NCBI GenBank assembly: GCA_002255065.1
Contig: NJEF01000005.1
Span: 1 to 34,134, forward strand
Length of the DNA: 34,134 nt
From: Desulfurococcales archaeon ex4484_204
GTDB lineage: Archaea; Thermoproteota; Thermoprotei_A; Sulfolobales; NBVN01
Direction of reading: 5' to 3'
The translations under genes and the position numbers were made by a program. Within the stretch, counting starts at the first letter, position 1; the number at the start of each line of letters is the position of its first letter. The notes below the pieces were generated by a model, which had not been told where the DNA came from, ran no database searches, and saw nothing but the letters and a program-made list of their open reading frames with translations. This document shows positions 25,862 to 34,132 of this stretch, piece by piece.

Positions 25862-26554
25862 GTGAGCGTTGATAGGAGGGTATTAACGTTTTTGAGGAAT
25901 AACCCTGGCTCAACCCCTAGGGAGATAGCTGACGCATTAGGGCTCTCAATAAATACCGTTAGGGTCGCTATAGCGAGGCTGAGGGAGGCTGGATTCATTA
26001 TGAGGTCCTCTAGAGGGGGATATGTAGCTAAGGTTGTAGCACCATCATCGCTATTAGAGGAGGGACATCAGTGGGATAGAGGGGCTGAGATATCGGGGAC
26101 CGATACCTTAAGCGAGCTTAGGGAGGAAATAGCTAGTCTTGCTAAGGATGTTAACTATATTAAGAAGAGGTTGGAGAGGATGGAGACCGAGATAAACATA
26201 ATTAAGAAAGCCCTTCAGAGCTCCCTTAAGCAATCAAGGGCAGACTTGTGCAGGACTGCTAGAGAGGAGGATAAACTGCTAGCTGAGCTAAGGTCTAGGA
26301 TGGTGATACCCATCAATGAAGCGAAGCAGTTAACGAGCAAGCCATTGGAGACATATGTTGTTAAGAGAGACTTAGTGCTTGTCTCAAAGTACACAGTTCT
26401 ACGAAGCTTCTATGAGGAGTTTAAGAAGAAGTTCCCAATTAAGTTAAACGAGGTTAAACGCCTCTCCGCTGCTGAGAAGGGGTTGCTGGATGCCATGATC
26501 AAGGACGGAATGGTTTACCTCCATGGAGGTAGGGAGTACAGGCTTATCGAGTAA
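25862..26554 (+). CDS. wHTH transcriptional regulator with central coiled coil and a second C-terminal wHTH-like segment
   Basis: The N-terminus is RRVLTFLRNNPGSTPREIADALGLSINTVRVAIARLREAGFI (HTH plus wing). The central heptad segment is LSELREEIASLAKDVNYIKKRLERMETEINIIKKAL. The C-terminus is LSAAEKGLLDAMIKDGMVYLHGGREYRL. The start is GTG. Confidence 0.6.
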   Translation: MSVDRRVLTFLRNNPGSTPREIADALGLSINTVRVAIARLREAGFIMRSSRGGYVAKVVAPSSLLEEGHQWDRGAEISGTDTLSELREEIASLAKDVNYIKKRLERMETEINIIKKALQSSLKQSRADLCRTAREEDKLLAELRSRMVIPINEAKQLTSKPLETYVVKRDLVLVSKYTVLRSFYEEFKKKFPIKLNEVKRLSAAEKGLLDAMIKDGMVYLHGGREYRLIE

Positions 26555-26582
26555 GACATAGCTAAAACTGATCTTAAATGGG

Positions 26583-27158
26583 TTACGGTCTTACTAAGGA
26601 ACCCTTAACCTCCCTCACAAAATCCCTTTCACTCCTTAGTAAGTTGAGAAGTCTCCTAACGTGTACCTTGCTAAGACCTGTGTTGCTAGATATAGCGTTT
26701 AGCGACCAGTAACTACTGTTAAGGAGGGCTAGCGTTAGTAGCGCTAATGCTAGCTTAGCTCTCTCAGTTCTTGAGGAGAGCCTGGGATACTTACTCATTA
26801 TTTTCAATACTGTTTTAACGTTGCTATCATTGAGCAGCTCTTCATTGAATGGTCTTTTAAGAATCTTAACATGGGGCCCTCCCTTCGTAGCGTATTCCAT
26901 GAATGCTTCATTATCAATAAACACGTTACTTAGCTTCTTAACCCTGCTTAGGAGTTTAAGGTACTTCATTGTTACTGGTTTAGGTTTTAAAGCTCTTGAA
27001 GTCCTCTTAGGGGCTTGAGCGATACTTAAGGTCTCCTGATTTGTTAAACGATCGTAGTAGTAAATCCTATCTACAACGGAACCGCATCTAACACATATAA
27101 CCTCCCCCCTCTCATAGTCCCAGAATAGCTCCCTCGATCTGCAGTACGGGCACAGCAT
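26583..27158 (-). CDS. Truncated TFB (TFIIB) paralogue: N-terminal zinc ribbon plus a single cyclin/HTH-like region
   Basis: MLCPYCRSRELFWDYERGEVICVRCGSVV matches the TFB/TFIIB zinc ribbon (C3, C6, C22, C25). The C-terminal SRTERAKLALALLTLALL...ISSNTGLSKVHVRRLLNLL resembles one cyclin-fold repeat with its HTH. At 191 aa it is well short of the roughly 300 aa of a full TFB. Confidence 0.6.
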   Translation of the reverse strand: MLCPYCRSRELFWDYERGEVICVRCGSVVDRIYYYDRLTNQETLSIAQAPKRTSRALKPKPVTMKYLKLLSRVKKLSNVFIDNEAFMEYATKGGPHVKILKRPFNEELLNDSNVKTVLKIMSKYPRLSSRTERAKLALALLTLALLNSSYWSLNAISSNTGLSKVHVRRLLNLLRSERDFVREVKGSLVRP

Positions 27159-27277
27159 ATTACATCGTAATCCATAGACCAGGTATTATTAGTTATGAAT
27201 TATGAGAACATGTATCCATGGAGCCCCAGACCCTTAGGTGAAACTTTTTTCCCTGGAAGAACTCATTACCAGGGCTA

Positions 27278-28429
27278 GTGTTGAAGCTCGGTTTCCTGGT
27301 AAACCCAATAGCTGGTATGGGGGGCTCAGTAGGGCTTAAGGGCACCGATGGGGAGCTATACTTCCTTGCCTTACAGAGAGGGGCTGCTCCCGTTGCTCCT
27401 AAGAGGGCTAGGAGGTTCTTGAAAAAGCTCTCCGAGCTAGGCTTCAACAGCACTATAGTAGCTGCGAACAACGTAATGGGCTGCAACTACCTTAACAGCT
27501 TTAAAGGTAGCTTAAGGTACTGTTGTGTTGACATCCCCTTAAGCAACATCACCAGTAGGGAGGACACGACTCAGGTAGCGAAGATATTTATGAGAGAGGG
27601 AGTTGACATCATAGCGTTTGTTGGAGGGGATGGCACTGCTAGGGATATATACGATGCAGTAAACTCTGAGGTTCCCTTAATAGGTGTTCCAGCAGGGGTT
27701 AAGATGTACTCAGGTGTGTTCGCTGCATCCCCAGAAGCTGCAGCTCTGGTGATTAAGGACTTCGAAGACCGTTCCGTAGGTCTCGACCTTGTAGAGATAG
27801 CTGACGCTAATGAGGAGTTAATAGCTTTAGGGAGATTATCTATTAGAATTTACGGTTACGTTAAGTCACCCCGTGAAAAAATCTTAACCATTCCCTCAAA
27901 GGATCTTAGCTACTCAAGCGATTACGGTGAGAAGGAGGAGGTAGCCCAATACTTCATCGAGGAGTACATGAGGAGTGACACGCTATATCTACTAGGCCCG
28001 GGAAGTACTGTAAAGGCGATCACAGATCTACTAGGAGTTGAGAAGACCCTACTAGGAGTTGATGCCCTCTACGGGAGGAGGCTAGTAGGTAGGGACCTCG
28101 GCGAGAAGGAAATCATAGACCTCCTCAGCAAGTTTAAGAGAGTGGCTATTGTCGTGACCATTATTGGAGGTCAAGGCTATATCTTCGGGAGGGGGAATCA
28201 GCAATTCACCTCCAGGGTTATTAGGCGGGTTGGAAAGGAAAATATCTTCGTGATATCGCCTAGGAGCAAGATCTATAACCTTAGATACTTACTTATAGAT
28301 ACTGGCGATCCGAAACTCGACATTGAGATGTGCGGTTACTGGAGGGTCATTACAGGCTTTATGGAGGAGAAGGTAATTCTAGTGCTTCCAGCTTGCTGCC
28401 CCGAAGCATTCAAAGACATTAAAAAGTAG
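27278..28429 (+). CDS. ATP-NAD kinase-like protein of the AcoX / COG3199 family
   Basis: The N-terminus is LGFLVNPIAGMGGSVGLKGTDG. The diacylglycerol/NAD-kinase-type motif is FVGGDGTARD. At 383 aa the size fits. The start is GTG. The family assignment is from memory of AcoX-like sequences. Confidence 0.75.
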   Translation: MLKLGFLVNPIAGMGGSVGLKGTDGELYFLALQRGAAPVAPKRARRFLKKLSELGFNSTIVAANNVMGCNYLNSFKGSLRYCCVDIPLSNITSREDTTQVAKIFMREGVDIIAFVGGDGTARDIYDAVNSEVPLIGVPAGVKMYSGVFAASPEAAALVIKDFEDRSVGLDLVEIADANEELIALGRLSIRIYGYVKSPREKILTIPSKDLSYSSDYGEKEEVAQYFIEEYMRSDTLYLLGPGSTVKAITDLLGVEKTLLGVDALYGRRLVGRDLGEKEIIDLLSKFKRVAIVVTIIGGQGYIFGRGNQQFTSRVIRRVGKENIFVISPRSKIYNLRYLLIDTGDPKLDIEMCGYWRVITGFMEEKVILVLPACCPEAFKDIKK

Positions 28430-28434
28430 CTGCA

Positions 28435-29970
28435 TTAACCCTTAAGCAACTTCCTATGCTCCTTTAACCTACCTATATACTTGTAGGTAGGTGCCATAGT
28501 TCGTGGGTGGTTAGCAGGTAGCGGGTCTAGCCTCTTAATAGATGTGTTCTGAGGTGCTCTCCTAAGGGATTCAGGAGCGCTATACGCCTGCCTAACTATG
28601 CCCTTATACGCTTCTACCAGGGAATCTATGTACTCCTTGCTCTCGCTCTCAGTTAGCTCAACCATGTGGGCCTCTGGTACTATTAGGGGGAAGTATATAG
28701 TTGGTGCATGGAACCCCCTATCAAGCAAAGCCTTCGCTATATCCTCAGCTGTGACTCCCGTATCCCTATGAAGCTTATTAAAGCTTAGCACAACCTCATG
28801 CTTCCTCCAGCGATCCCTACCATACACTAGGTCAACACCAGGCAGCTTAGTGACCTCCTTCATAAAGTAGTTAGTGTTAAGGACTGAGATCTCGGCCACC
28901 TCCCTTACCCTAGGGCCTAGGCAGGCTAGGTATATGAAGGACTTAATGATAGGCACTATATTGCCGTAAAACCACGAGACCCTCCCTATGCTTCTCCTAA
29001 CATCGTACTTAAAGTAAAACCTCCTTCCATCGTAATCAACTATGGGAGCAGGTACGTAATCCTTTAAAACACCCTTAGCGCACACAGCACCAGCTCCAGG
29101 GCCTCCCCCACCATGAGGGGCAGCGAAGGTCTTATGTAGGTTAATATGGACTACATCAAAGCCCATGTCCCCCGGCCTAGCTATCCCGAGGATCCCGTTT
29201 AGGTTGGCGCCATCATAGTACAGGAGCCCTCCAGCTTTATGAACAATATCCGATATCTCCAGTATCCTTGATTCAAAGAGCCCTAAGGTGCTGGGGTTTG
29301 TCAGCATGATCCCCGCAGTTCTATTGCTAATAGATGCCCTTAAAGCGTCAACATCCGTATCACCATTAGGATCCGTAGGGATCTTCACCACTTTAAAGCC
29401 AGCCATAACAGCGCTAGCGGGGTTGGAGCCGTGGGCGCTGTCTGGAATCAGCATTTCATTACGATCCAGCTCCCCCCTATCCTCGTGGTACTTCCTAATC
29501 ATTAAAGCACCAGCTAGCTCCCCTGAAGCCCCTGCAGGTGGTTGCAGGGAGCATACATCGGTACCTGTAATTTCTTTAAGCCAGGTCTGCATTAAGTACA
29601 GTATTCTCAGTAAGCCCTGTATGGTGCTCTCATCCTGGTATGGATGTATGAAGCATACGGAGTCCCTTCCAGCTATATCCTCGGACACCTTCGGGTTGTA
29701 CTTCATGGTACATGAGCCAAGGGGTACTGACCCTACATCGATACCGTAGCTCATCTGCGATAGCCTTGTAAAGTGCCTTACGACCTCTACCTCACTTAAA
29801 CTAGGTATTAAAGGGCCTGTCTTCCTTAAGTACTCTCCAGGGATGTCATTGATAGCGTCTAAGAACTCCTGTCTAAATTCATCATCTACTAAAAGTCCCT
29901 GCTTGCTATGCTTACCCACCTCAAATATGAGGGGCTCATCCCATTTAGCCTGCTTATACATCCAACCCAC
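28435..29970 (-). CDS. gcvPB: Glycine dehydrogenase (decarboxylating) subunit 2 (P-protein, C-terminal half)
   Basis: EPLIFE is at the N-terminus. GSCTMKYNPK, QPPAGASGELAG, IPDSAHGSNPAS and the PLP-lysine context NLHKTFAAPHGGGGPG are present. Confidence 0.95.
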   Translation of the reverse strand: MGWMYKQAKWDEPLIFEVGKHSKQGLLVDDEFRQEFLDAINDIPGEYLRKTGPLIPSLSEVEVVRHFTRLSQMSYGIDVGSVPLGSCTMKYNPKVSEDIAGRDSVCFIHPYQDESTIQGLLRILYLMQTWLKEITGTDVCSLQPPAGASGELAGALMIRKYHEDRGELDRNEMLIPDSAHGSNPASAVMAGFKVVKIPTDPNGDTDVDALRASISNRTAGIMLTNPSTLGLFESRILEISDIVHKAGGLLYYDGANLNGILGIARPGDMGFDVVHINLHKTFAAPHGGGGPGAGAVCAKGVLKDYVPAPIVDYDGRRFYFKYDVRRSIGRVSWFYGNIVPIIKSFIYLACLGPRVREVAEISVLNTNYFMKEVTKLPGVDLVYGRDRWRKHEVVLSFNKLHRDTGVTAEDIAKALLDRGFHAPTIYFPLIVPEAHMVELTESESKEYIDSLVEAYKGIVRQAYSAPESLRRAPQNTSIKRLDPLPANHPRTMAPTYKYIGRLKEHRKLLKG

Positions 29971-31372
29971 CCCCCGACGTTATTTCACTTAGTGAGGTAG
30001 CTAGCATGTCTATGTCGCGCCTTGTGTGGAGCTCGGTTACGCATATAAGGCATCCCTCCTTTAACTCTTTATAAAACCTACCTAATGCTGGCCCTATATG
30101 AATACCCATACCTAGTAACTTCTTTATGACATCACTAGCTCTCCTAAACCTCTTAAAACCTATAGGTAGCTCCCTAAAGAATGCCCTGTTGCTGAATAGA
30201 GGCGCTCTAATATCATCAATAGCTGATAGCTTCTTAAGTGCATACCGAGTTCTCCCTAAGATGGCTTGGCCGATCCTCTTAAATCCCTCTGAACCTAAGA
30301 GCGAAGTATATATCGCTGCTGCAATAGCCATTAAGTTAGAGTTCGTGGTTATATTTGATGTAGCTCTCTCCCTCCTTATGTGCTGCTCACGGGTCTGCAG
30401 GATCATCATGTAGCCCAGCTCGTCACCATCGATAGTTGTTGTAGCACCGATGAGCCTGCCGGGAAGCTGTCTCAACATAGCCCTATCCTCCTTAATTCCT
30501 AGTATTCCAGCTGACGGCCCCCCGAAGTTAAGTCCAGCACCAAGGGGTTGAGTATCGCCAACAACTATATCAGCACCCAGCCTCCCCGGGGGCTCTAAAA
30601 CACCTAAGGCTATAGGGTTTGAGAAAACTATCGCTAAAGCACCAGCCCTATGTGCTTCCTCTATTACATCTTTGGTAACGCTTTCAACGATACCAAAGAA
30701 GTTTGGGTACTCAATGTAAACAGCGGCTACATCGCTATTAAGGAGTGATTTAAGCTTATTAAGGCTTACCTCGCCGGTCTCTCTATCGTAACCTACCTCT
30801 ACAGCAGTAGCCCCGGTACCTCTCAACCACGTCTTAATTACCTCCCTTACCTCGGGGTGGGATGTCTTTGATATCAACACCTTCCTCCTACCCCTCTTAA
30901 CCCTTAGAGCCATCCTAACGGCTTCAGCGGCTGCTGTGCTACCGTTGTATAGCGACGCGTTAACCACGTCGACGGCGTAGAGCTCCGCCATTAAGCTCTG
31001 GTACTCGAAGATCGATTGCAGAAGGCCTTGGGCAACCTCTGGCTGGTACGGGGTATATGCGGTATAGAACTCGGCCCTAGATATTAACGCCTTAACTGCT
31101 GCGGGTACGTAGTGGGCGCAGAACCCGCCGCCAATAAATGGTGGCGGGGATTTAAACACCTTATCCCCCGATGTTATTTCCTCAAACTTCCTAACAACTT
31201 CGTACTCCGTTAGGCTGCGATTAAAACCTATGTTAAGGGGTCCCTTAAGTATCAAGCTACGCGGTACGTCGCTGAAAAGCTCCATAATATCTGAGATGCC
31301 TAGATGCTTCATCATCTCCCTCTTAACGTTCAGGGAGGAGTTAGGTATCCATGGATGCGGCATTAGCACCAC
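29954..31372 (-). CDS. gcvPA: Glycine dehydrogenase (decarboxylating) subunit 1 (P-protein, N-terminal half)
   Basis: HPWIPNS...KREMMKHLGISDIMELFSDVP, FIGGGFCAHYVP, AYTPYQPEVAQGLLQSIFEYQS and GFGGPSAG-type motifs are present. The 3' end overlaps gcvPB by 17 nt. The likely start is the second Met (MPHPW). Confidence 0.95.
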   Translation of the reverse strand: MVLMPHPWIPNSSLNVKREMMKHLGISDIMELFSDVPRSLILKGPLNIGFNRSLTEYEVVRKFEEITSGDKVFKSPPPFIGGGFCAHYVPAAVKALISRAEFYTAYTPYQPEVAQGLLQSIFEYQSLMAELYAVDVVNASLYNGSTAAAEAVRMALRVKRGRRKVLISKTSHPEVREVIKTWLRGTGATAVEVGYDRETGEVSLNKLKSLLNSDVAAVYIEYPNFFGIVESVTKDVIEEAHRAGALAIVFSNPIALGVLEPPGRLGADIVVGDTQPLGAGLNFGGPSAGILGIKEDRAMLRQLPGRLIGATTTIDGDELGYMMILQTREQHIRRERATSNITTNSNLMAIAAAIYTSLLGSEGFKRIGQAILGRTRYALKKLSAIDDIRAPLFSNRAFFRELPIGFKRFRRASDVIKKLLGMGIHIGPALGRFYKELKEGCLICVTELHTRRDIDMLATSLSEITSGGGLDV

Positions 31373-31470
31373 TCAAATAAGTTCTAGTAGGCTGGGAATA
31401 AAAGGTAATCATTAATGTAGGGGAATAAACGTTATTATTAAAACCCTAGAACTAACATACCTGGTGGTTA

Positions 31471-32592
31471 ATAACGGCGGCAGAGGTTCCTCTACTAGAC
31501 ATTCAAAGGAAGTATGGAGGTAATGTCGGCATATTTGCAGGCTGGTTAACATCTATGGACTACGGCAACCCGCTGGAAGAACACATTGCGACACGCACTA
31601 ACGTAACGATATTTGACGTATCCCACATGGGTAGGTATGTAATAAGTGGGGGTAAGGTGGTCGAGTTCCTACAGAAGCTAGTTAGTAAGGATATTCTGAA
31701 GGTTAAGCGGGGGAGGATGAGTGGCCCTGTTTTACTGCTTAATGAAGAGGGGGGCATCATAGATGACGTAATGCTGTATAACGTTGGTGAGGAGAGGTGG
31801 TTTGCTGTAGTTAATGCGTCCAATGTTGAGAAGGACCTGAAGTGGATGATTTCCTGGAGGAACAAGCTTGGTTATACAAAGGCGGATGTAAACATAGAGG
31901 ACGTAACTAGGAAGACCGCCCTCATAGCTATTCAAGGCCCTAAATCTCCTGAAATTATGGAGGCTCTCGGCGTTCCAGAGGCTAGAGAGTTAAAGATCCT
32001 TCAGTTCCTAAGCAGTCCATCGGTCCTAGGGAGGGAGGCTGTACTTATAAGTAGGTCTGGGTGGACTGGTGAGGAGGTTAGGTCTTACGGGTTTGAGGTA
32101 TGGAGCGATGTAGAGTTAGGGAGGAGGGTGTTTGAAGAGTCTGTAAAGCTCGGGGCTAAGCCGTCTGGGTTAATAGCTAGAGACTCCTTAAGGCTTGAAA
32201 TGGGCTACCTACTCATAGGTGCTGACATAGGTGAGGACTTTAACCCTATAGAGGCTAGGTACTGGCTCGCCCTAACCCTCGGTAAGGAGGGCTGCATAGG
32301 GTGCGATAAGGTCATGGAGATCTATAGGAGGGGTGTAGACCGTATTAGGGTCGGCATAAGGCTTAAAAAAGGTGTAAGGGCTATTCCAAGACACGGGAGT
32401 AAGATATTGGCTGACGGTCAAGTTGTTGGCGAGGTAACGAGCGGTGTCTTCTCACCATACCTAAATAGGGCTATAGGGATAGGGTATGTTAAGACCTCAC
32501 ACGCTTATATAGGCTTTAACCTAACTATTGTAGTTAGGGGGAAGGAGTATGTTGCAAAAATCGTTGACTTCCCCTTCATAGAGGTGAGGTAA
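31471..32592 (+). CDS. gcvT: Aminomethyltransferase (glycine cleavage T protein); 5' end uncertain because there is no canonical start
   Basis: IFDVSHMG, IAIQGPKS, ISRSGWTGE, DSLRLEMGY and the C-terminal GEVTSGVFSP are GcvT motifs. The first ATG is at 31555, but the conserved N-terminus VPLLDIQRKYGGNVGIFAGW is encoded in frame upstream of it. Between the stop at 31453 and 31555 there is no ATG, GTG or TTG. ATA 31471 is the best-placed candidate. Confidence 0.85.
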   Translation: MTAAEVPLLDIQRKYGGNVGIFAGWLTSMDYGNPLEEHIATRTNVTIFDVSHMGRYVISGGKVVEFLQKLVSKDILKVKRGRMSGPVLLLNEEGGIIDDVMLYNVGEERWFAVVNASNVEKDLKWMISWRNKLGYTKADVNIEDVTRKTALIAIQGPKSPEIMEALGVPEARELKILQFLSSPSVLGREAVLISRSGWTGEEVRSYGFEVWSDVELGRRVFEESVKLGAKPSGLIARDSLRLEMGYLLIGADIGEDFNPIEARYWLALTLGKEGCIGCDKVMEIYRRGVDRIRVGIRLKKGVRAIPRHGSKILADGQVVGEVTSGVFSPYLNRAIGIGYVKTSHAYIGFNLTIVVRGKEYVAKIVDFPFIEVR

Positions 32593-32594
32593 GA

Positions 32595-33020
32595 ATGGGA
32601 GATATAGTTGTGAAGACTAAGTTAGGTGAGTACTTAGTTAAGGACGGACTACTCTACACAAAAACGGATGAGTGGGTTAAGGTTGATGGCAGGAAGGCAG
32701 TGCTCGGTATAACGGACTTCGCCCAGAAGAAGTTAAGGTATATAGTTAGTGTTGAACTACCCGAGGTAGGGAGAGTTGTAAGGGCTAATGAGACTATAGC
32801 TACCTTAGAGTCCGTTAAAACGGTTGCTGATGTATACACACCGGTGAAGGGGAGAGTTGTAAGGGCTAATGAGGACCTCATAGAATCCCCTGATTTAATA
32901 AACAAGGACCCCTACGGTAAGGGCTGGATAGTGGAGCTGGAGCTATTAGGGGAACTAAGGGCTGAGGAGCTACTAACGCCGGAGCAGTATGCTGGGAAGA
33001 TTAGAAGTGAGGAAGCCTAA
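32595..33020 (+). CDS. gcvH: Glycine cleavage system H protein (lipoyl carrier)
   Basis: YTKTDEWV, GITDFAQ, the lipoyl-lysine motif LESVKTVADVYTP, and NKDPYGKGW are present. The start lies 3 nt after the gcvT stop. Confidence 0.95.
   Translation: MGDIVVKTKLGEYLVKDGLLYTKTDEWVKVDGRKAVLGITDFAQKKLRYIVSVELPEVGRVVRANETIATLESVKTVADVYTPVKGRVVRANEDLIESPDLINKDPYGKGWIVELELLGELRAEELLTPEQYAGKIRSEEA
32769..32792 (+). repeat. Copy 1 of a perfect 24-nt direct repeat inside gcvH (gggagagttgtaagggctaatgag, encodes GRVVRANE)
   Basis: I compared this base by base with 32850-32873 and all 24 nt are identical. The offset is 81 nt, so the two copies are in frame. Confidence 0.9.
32850..32873 (+). repeat. Copy 2 of the perfect 24-nt direct repeat inside gcvH
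   Basis: This is identical to 32769-32792. The flanking bases differ on both sides (a/g upstream, a/g downstream). Confidence 0.9.
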
Positions 33021-33091
33021 TTTTTCAGTAGGAGCCCCAAAACCTGCTTAACTTATAACTTCCTAAAGCTATATTACCATAGGCATAGATA

Positions 33092-33547
33092 ATGAGGTAC
33101 CTTAGACTGCCGCCTAAGATAAAGGTTTTAGAGGCGGCTGCGGCAATCGCTGATGGTAGAGTAAAGACTATTAGCGATAAACTGGCTGAGGTAACCTCAT
33201 CTACTGGTGATAAAACGTATAAGGTCTTCGTAGACATTGATAGCAGGGAGGTCTGCAGTACTGATAACGGAACAGTTCTTAGGGGGTATGTAGGCTATCC
33301 CATACTCTCGGTGCTAATGCTTAAGGGGGTTCTCCACTACGATAGAAGAGTGGGTGAAGCCCTTAAGGGGATAAAGTGGAAGGAACTTAACGAGAGATTT
33401 AAGAAGTACAGCATCGTAGAGGAGCACGTAAAGAAGGTTGCCGAGGAGAGAGGTGTTAACCGGCATGAAGTAGATAGTTTTAAGGAGTCGGTCTATAATC
33501 AGGTAAAGAAACTCAAGTTTAAATTCATTAATGTATGCCTAGAGTAG
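33092..33547 (+). CDS. hypothetical protein (151 aa)
   Basis: The ORF has normal composition. The segment YKVFVDIDSREVCSTDNGTVLRGYVGYPILSVLML faintly recalls a degenerate SWIM-like layout, but the Cys/His ligands are missing. No confident family was found. Confidence 0.45.
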   Translation: MRYLRLPPKIKVLEAAAAIADGRVKTISDKLAEVTSSTGDKTYKVFVDIDSREVCSTDNGTVLRGYVGYPILSVLMLKGVLHYDRRVGEALKGIKWKELNERFKKYSIVEEHVKKVAEERGVNRHEVDSFKESVYNQVKKLKFKFINVCLE

Positions 33548-33580
33548 CCACCTAAGCCGACGCAGCTGAGAGGTGACGCG

Positions 33581-33985
33581 GTGATGAGGGGAACACGCAC
33601 GGTAAGGATAAGAAACGGATATAACGTGATCATGAGTCTCTACGCACCGTTTAGGTCCAGGATATACAGGTATAACTCCGAGATCAGGGATAGCGGTTAC
33701 TACCTTAAACCAGTCCACCTAGTCTACAAAAGCATTGGAGGGAGAAGGGTCAAGTACGTATACTTCGGTCGTTACTGGTATAGGGTAGTTCGTAAGGGAG
33801 GTAGCATTAAGTGGATCTATGTAGGTAGAGATAAGCCCGACCCCCACCTCCCAGATCCTCCTTTAAGCCCCTTCGAGGGAATAGGTATTGCCATACTAGG
33901 AGATGATGCTGTAGTCGATGAGAAGACCTACATGGTTCTTAAGAAGATCGCTGACTTGCTCGGCTATAAAGGTAAGCTCCCCTAA
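33581..33985 (+). CDS. hypothetical protein (134 aa) with a Tyr/Arg-rich beta-hairpin-like segment
   Basis: The ORF starts at GTG/ATG and contains RRVKYVYFGRYWYRVVRKGGSIKWIYVGRDKP. No confident family was found. Confidence 0.45.
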   Translation: MMRGTRTVRIRNGYNVIMSLYAPFRSRIYRYNSEIRDSGYYLKPVHLVYKSIGGRRVKYVYFGRYWYRVVRKGGSIKWIYVGRDKPDPHLPDPPLSPFEGIGIAILGDDAVVDEKTYMVLKKIADLLGYKGKLP

Positions 33986-33988
33986 CTC

Positions 33989-34132
33989 CTATGGCCTTAA
34001 GAACTCCGGTCTCTCCCTAGCAACTTCCTTCCTCACCTTATTGATAAACTCCGCTAACTCCTCCTCGCTTGATAACAGTTTAATGAGCTCCCTGCTCAAC
34101 TTCTTAAACGGTGGGCTCGGCCTACTTATCCT
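33989..34132 (-). CDS. 3' end of an unidentified gene running off the window edge
   Basis: My hand translation of the minus strand gives RISRPSPPFKKLSRELIKLLSSEEELAEFINKVRKEVARERPEFLRP followed by a stop (TAG, complement of 33989-33991). The frame is open to the window end. It is too short to identify. Confidence 0.3.
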   Translation of the reverse strand, partial: RISRPSPPFKKLSRELIKLLSSEEELAEFINKVRKEVARERPEFLRP

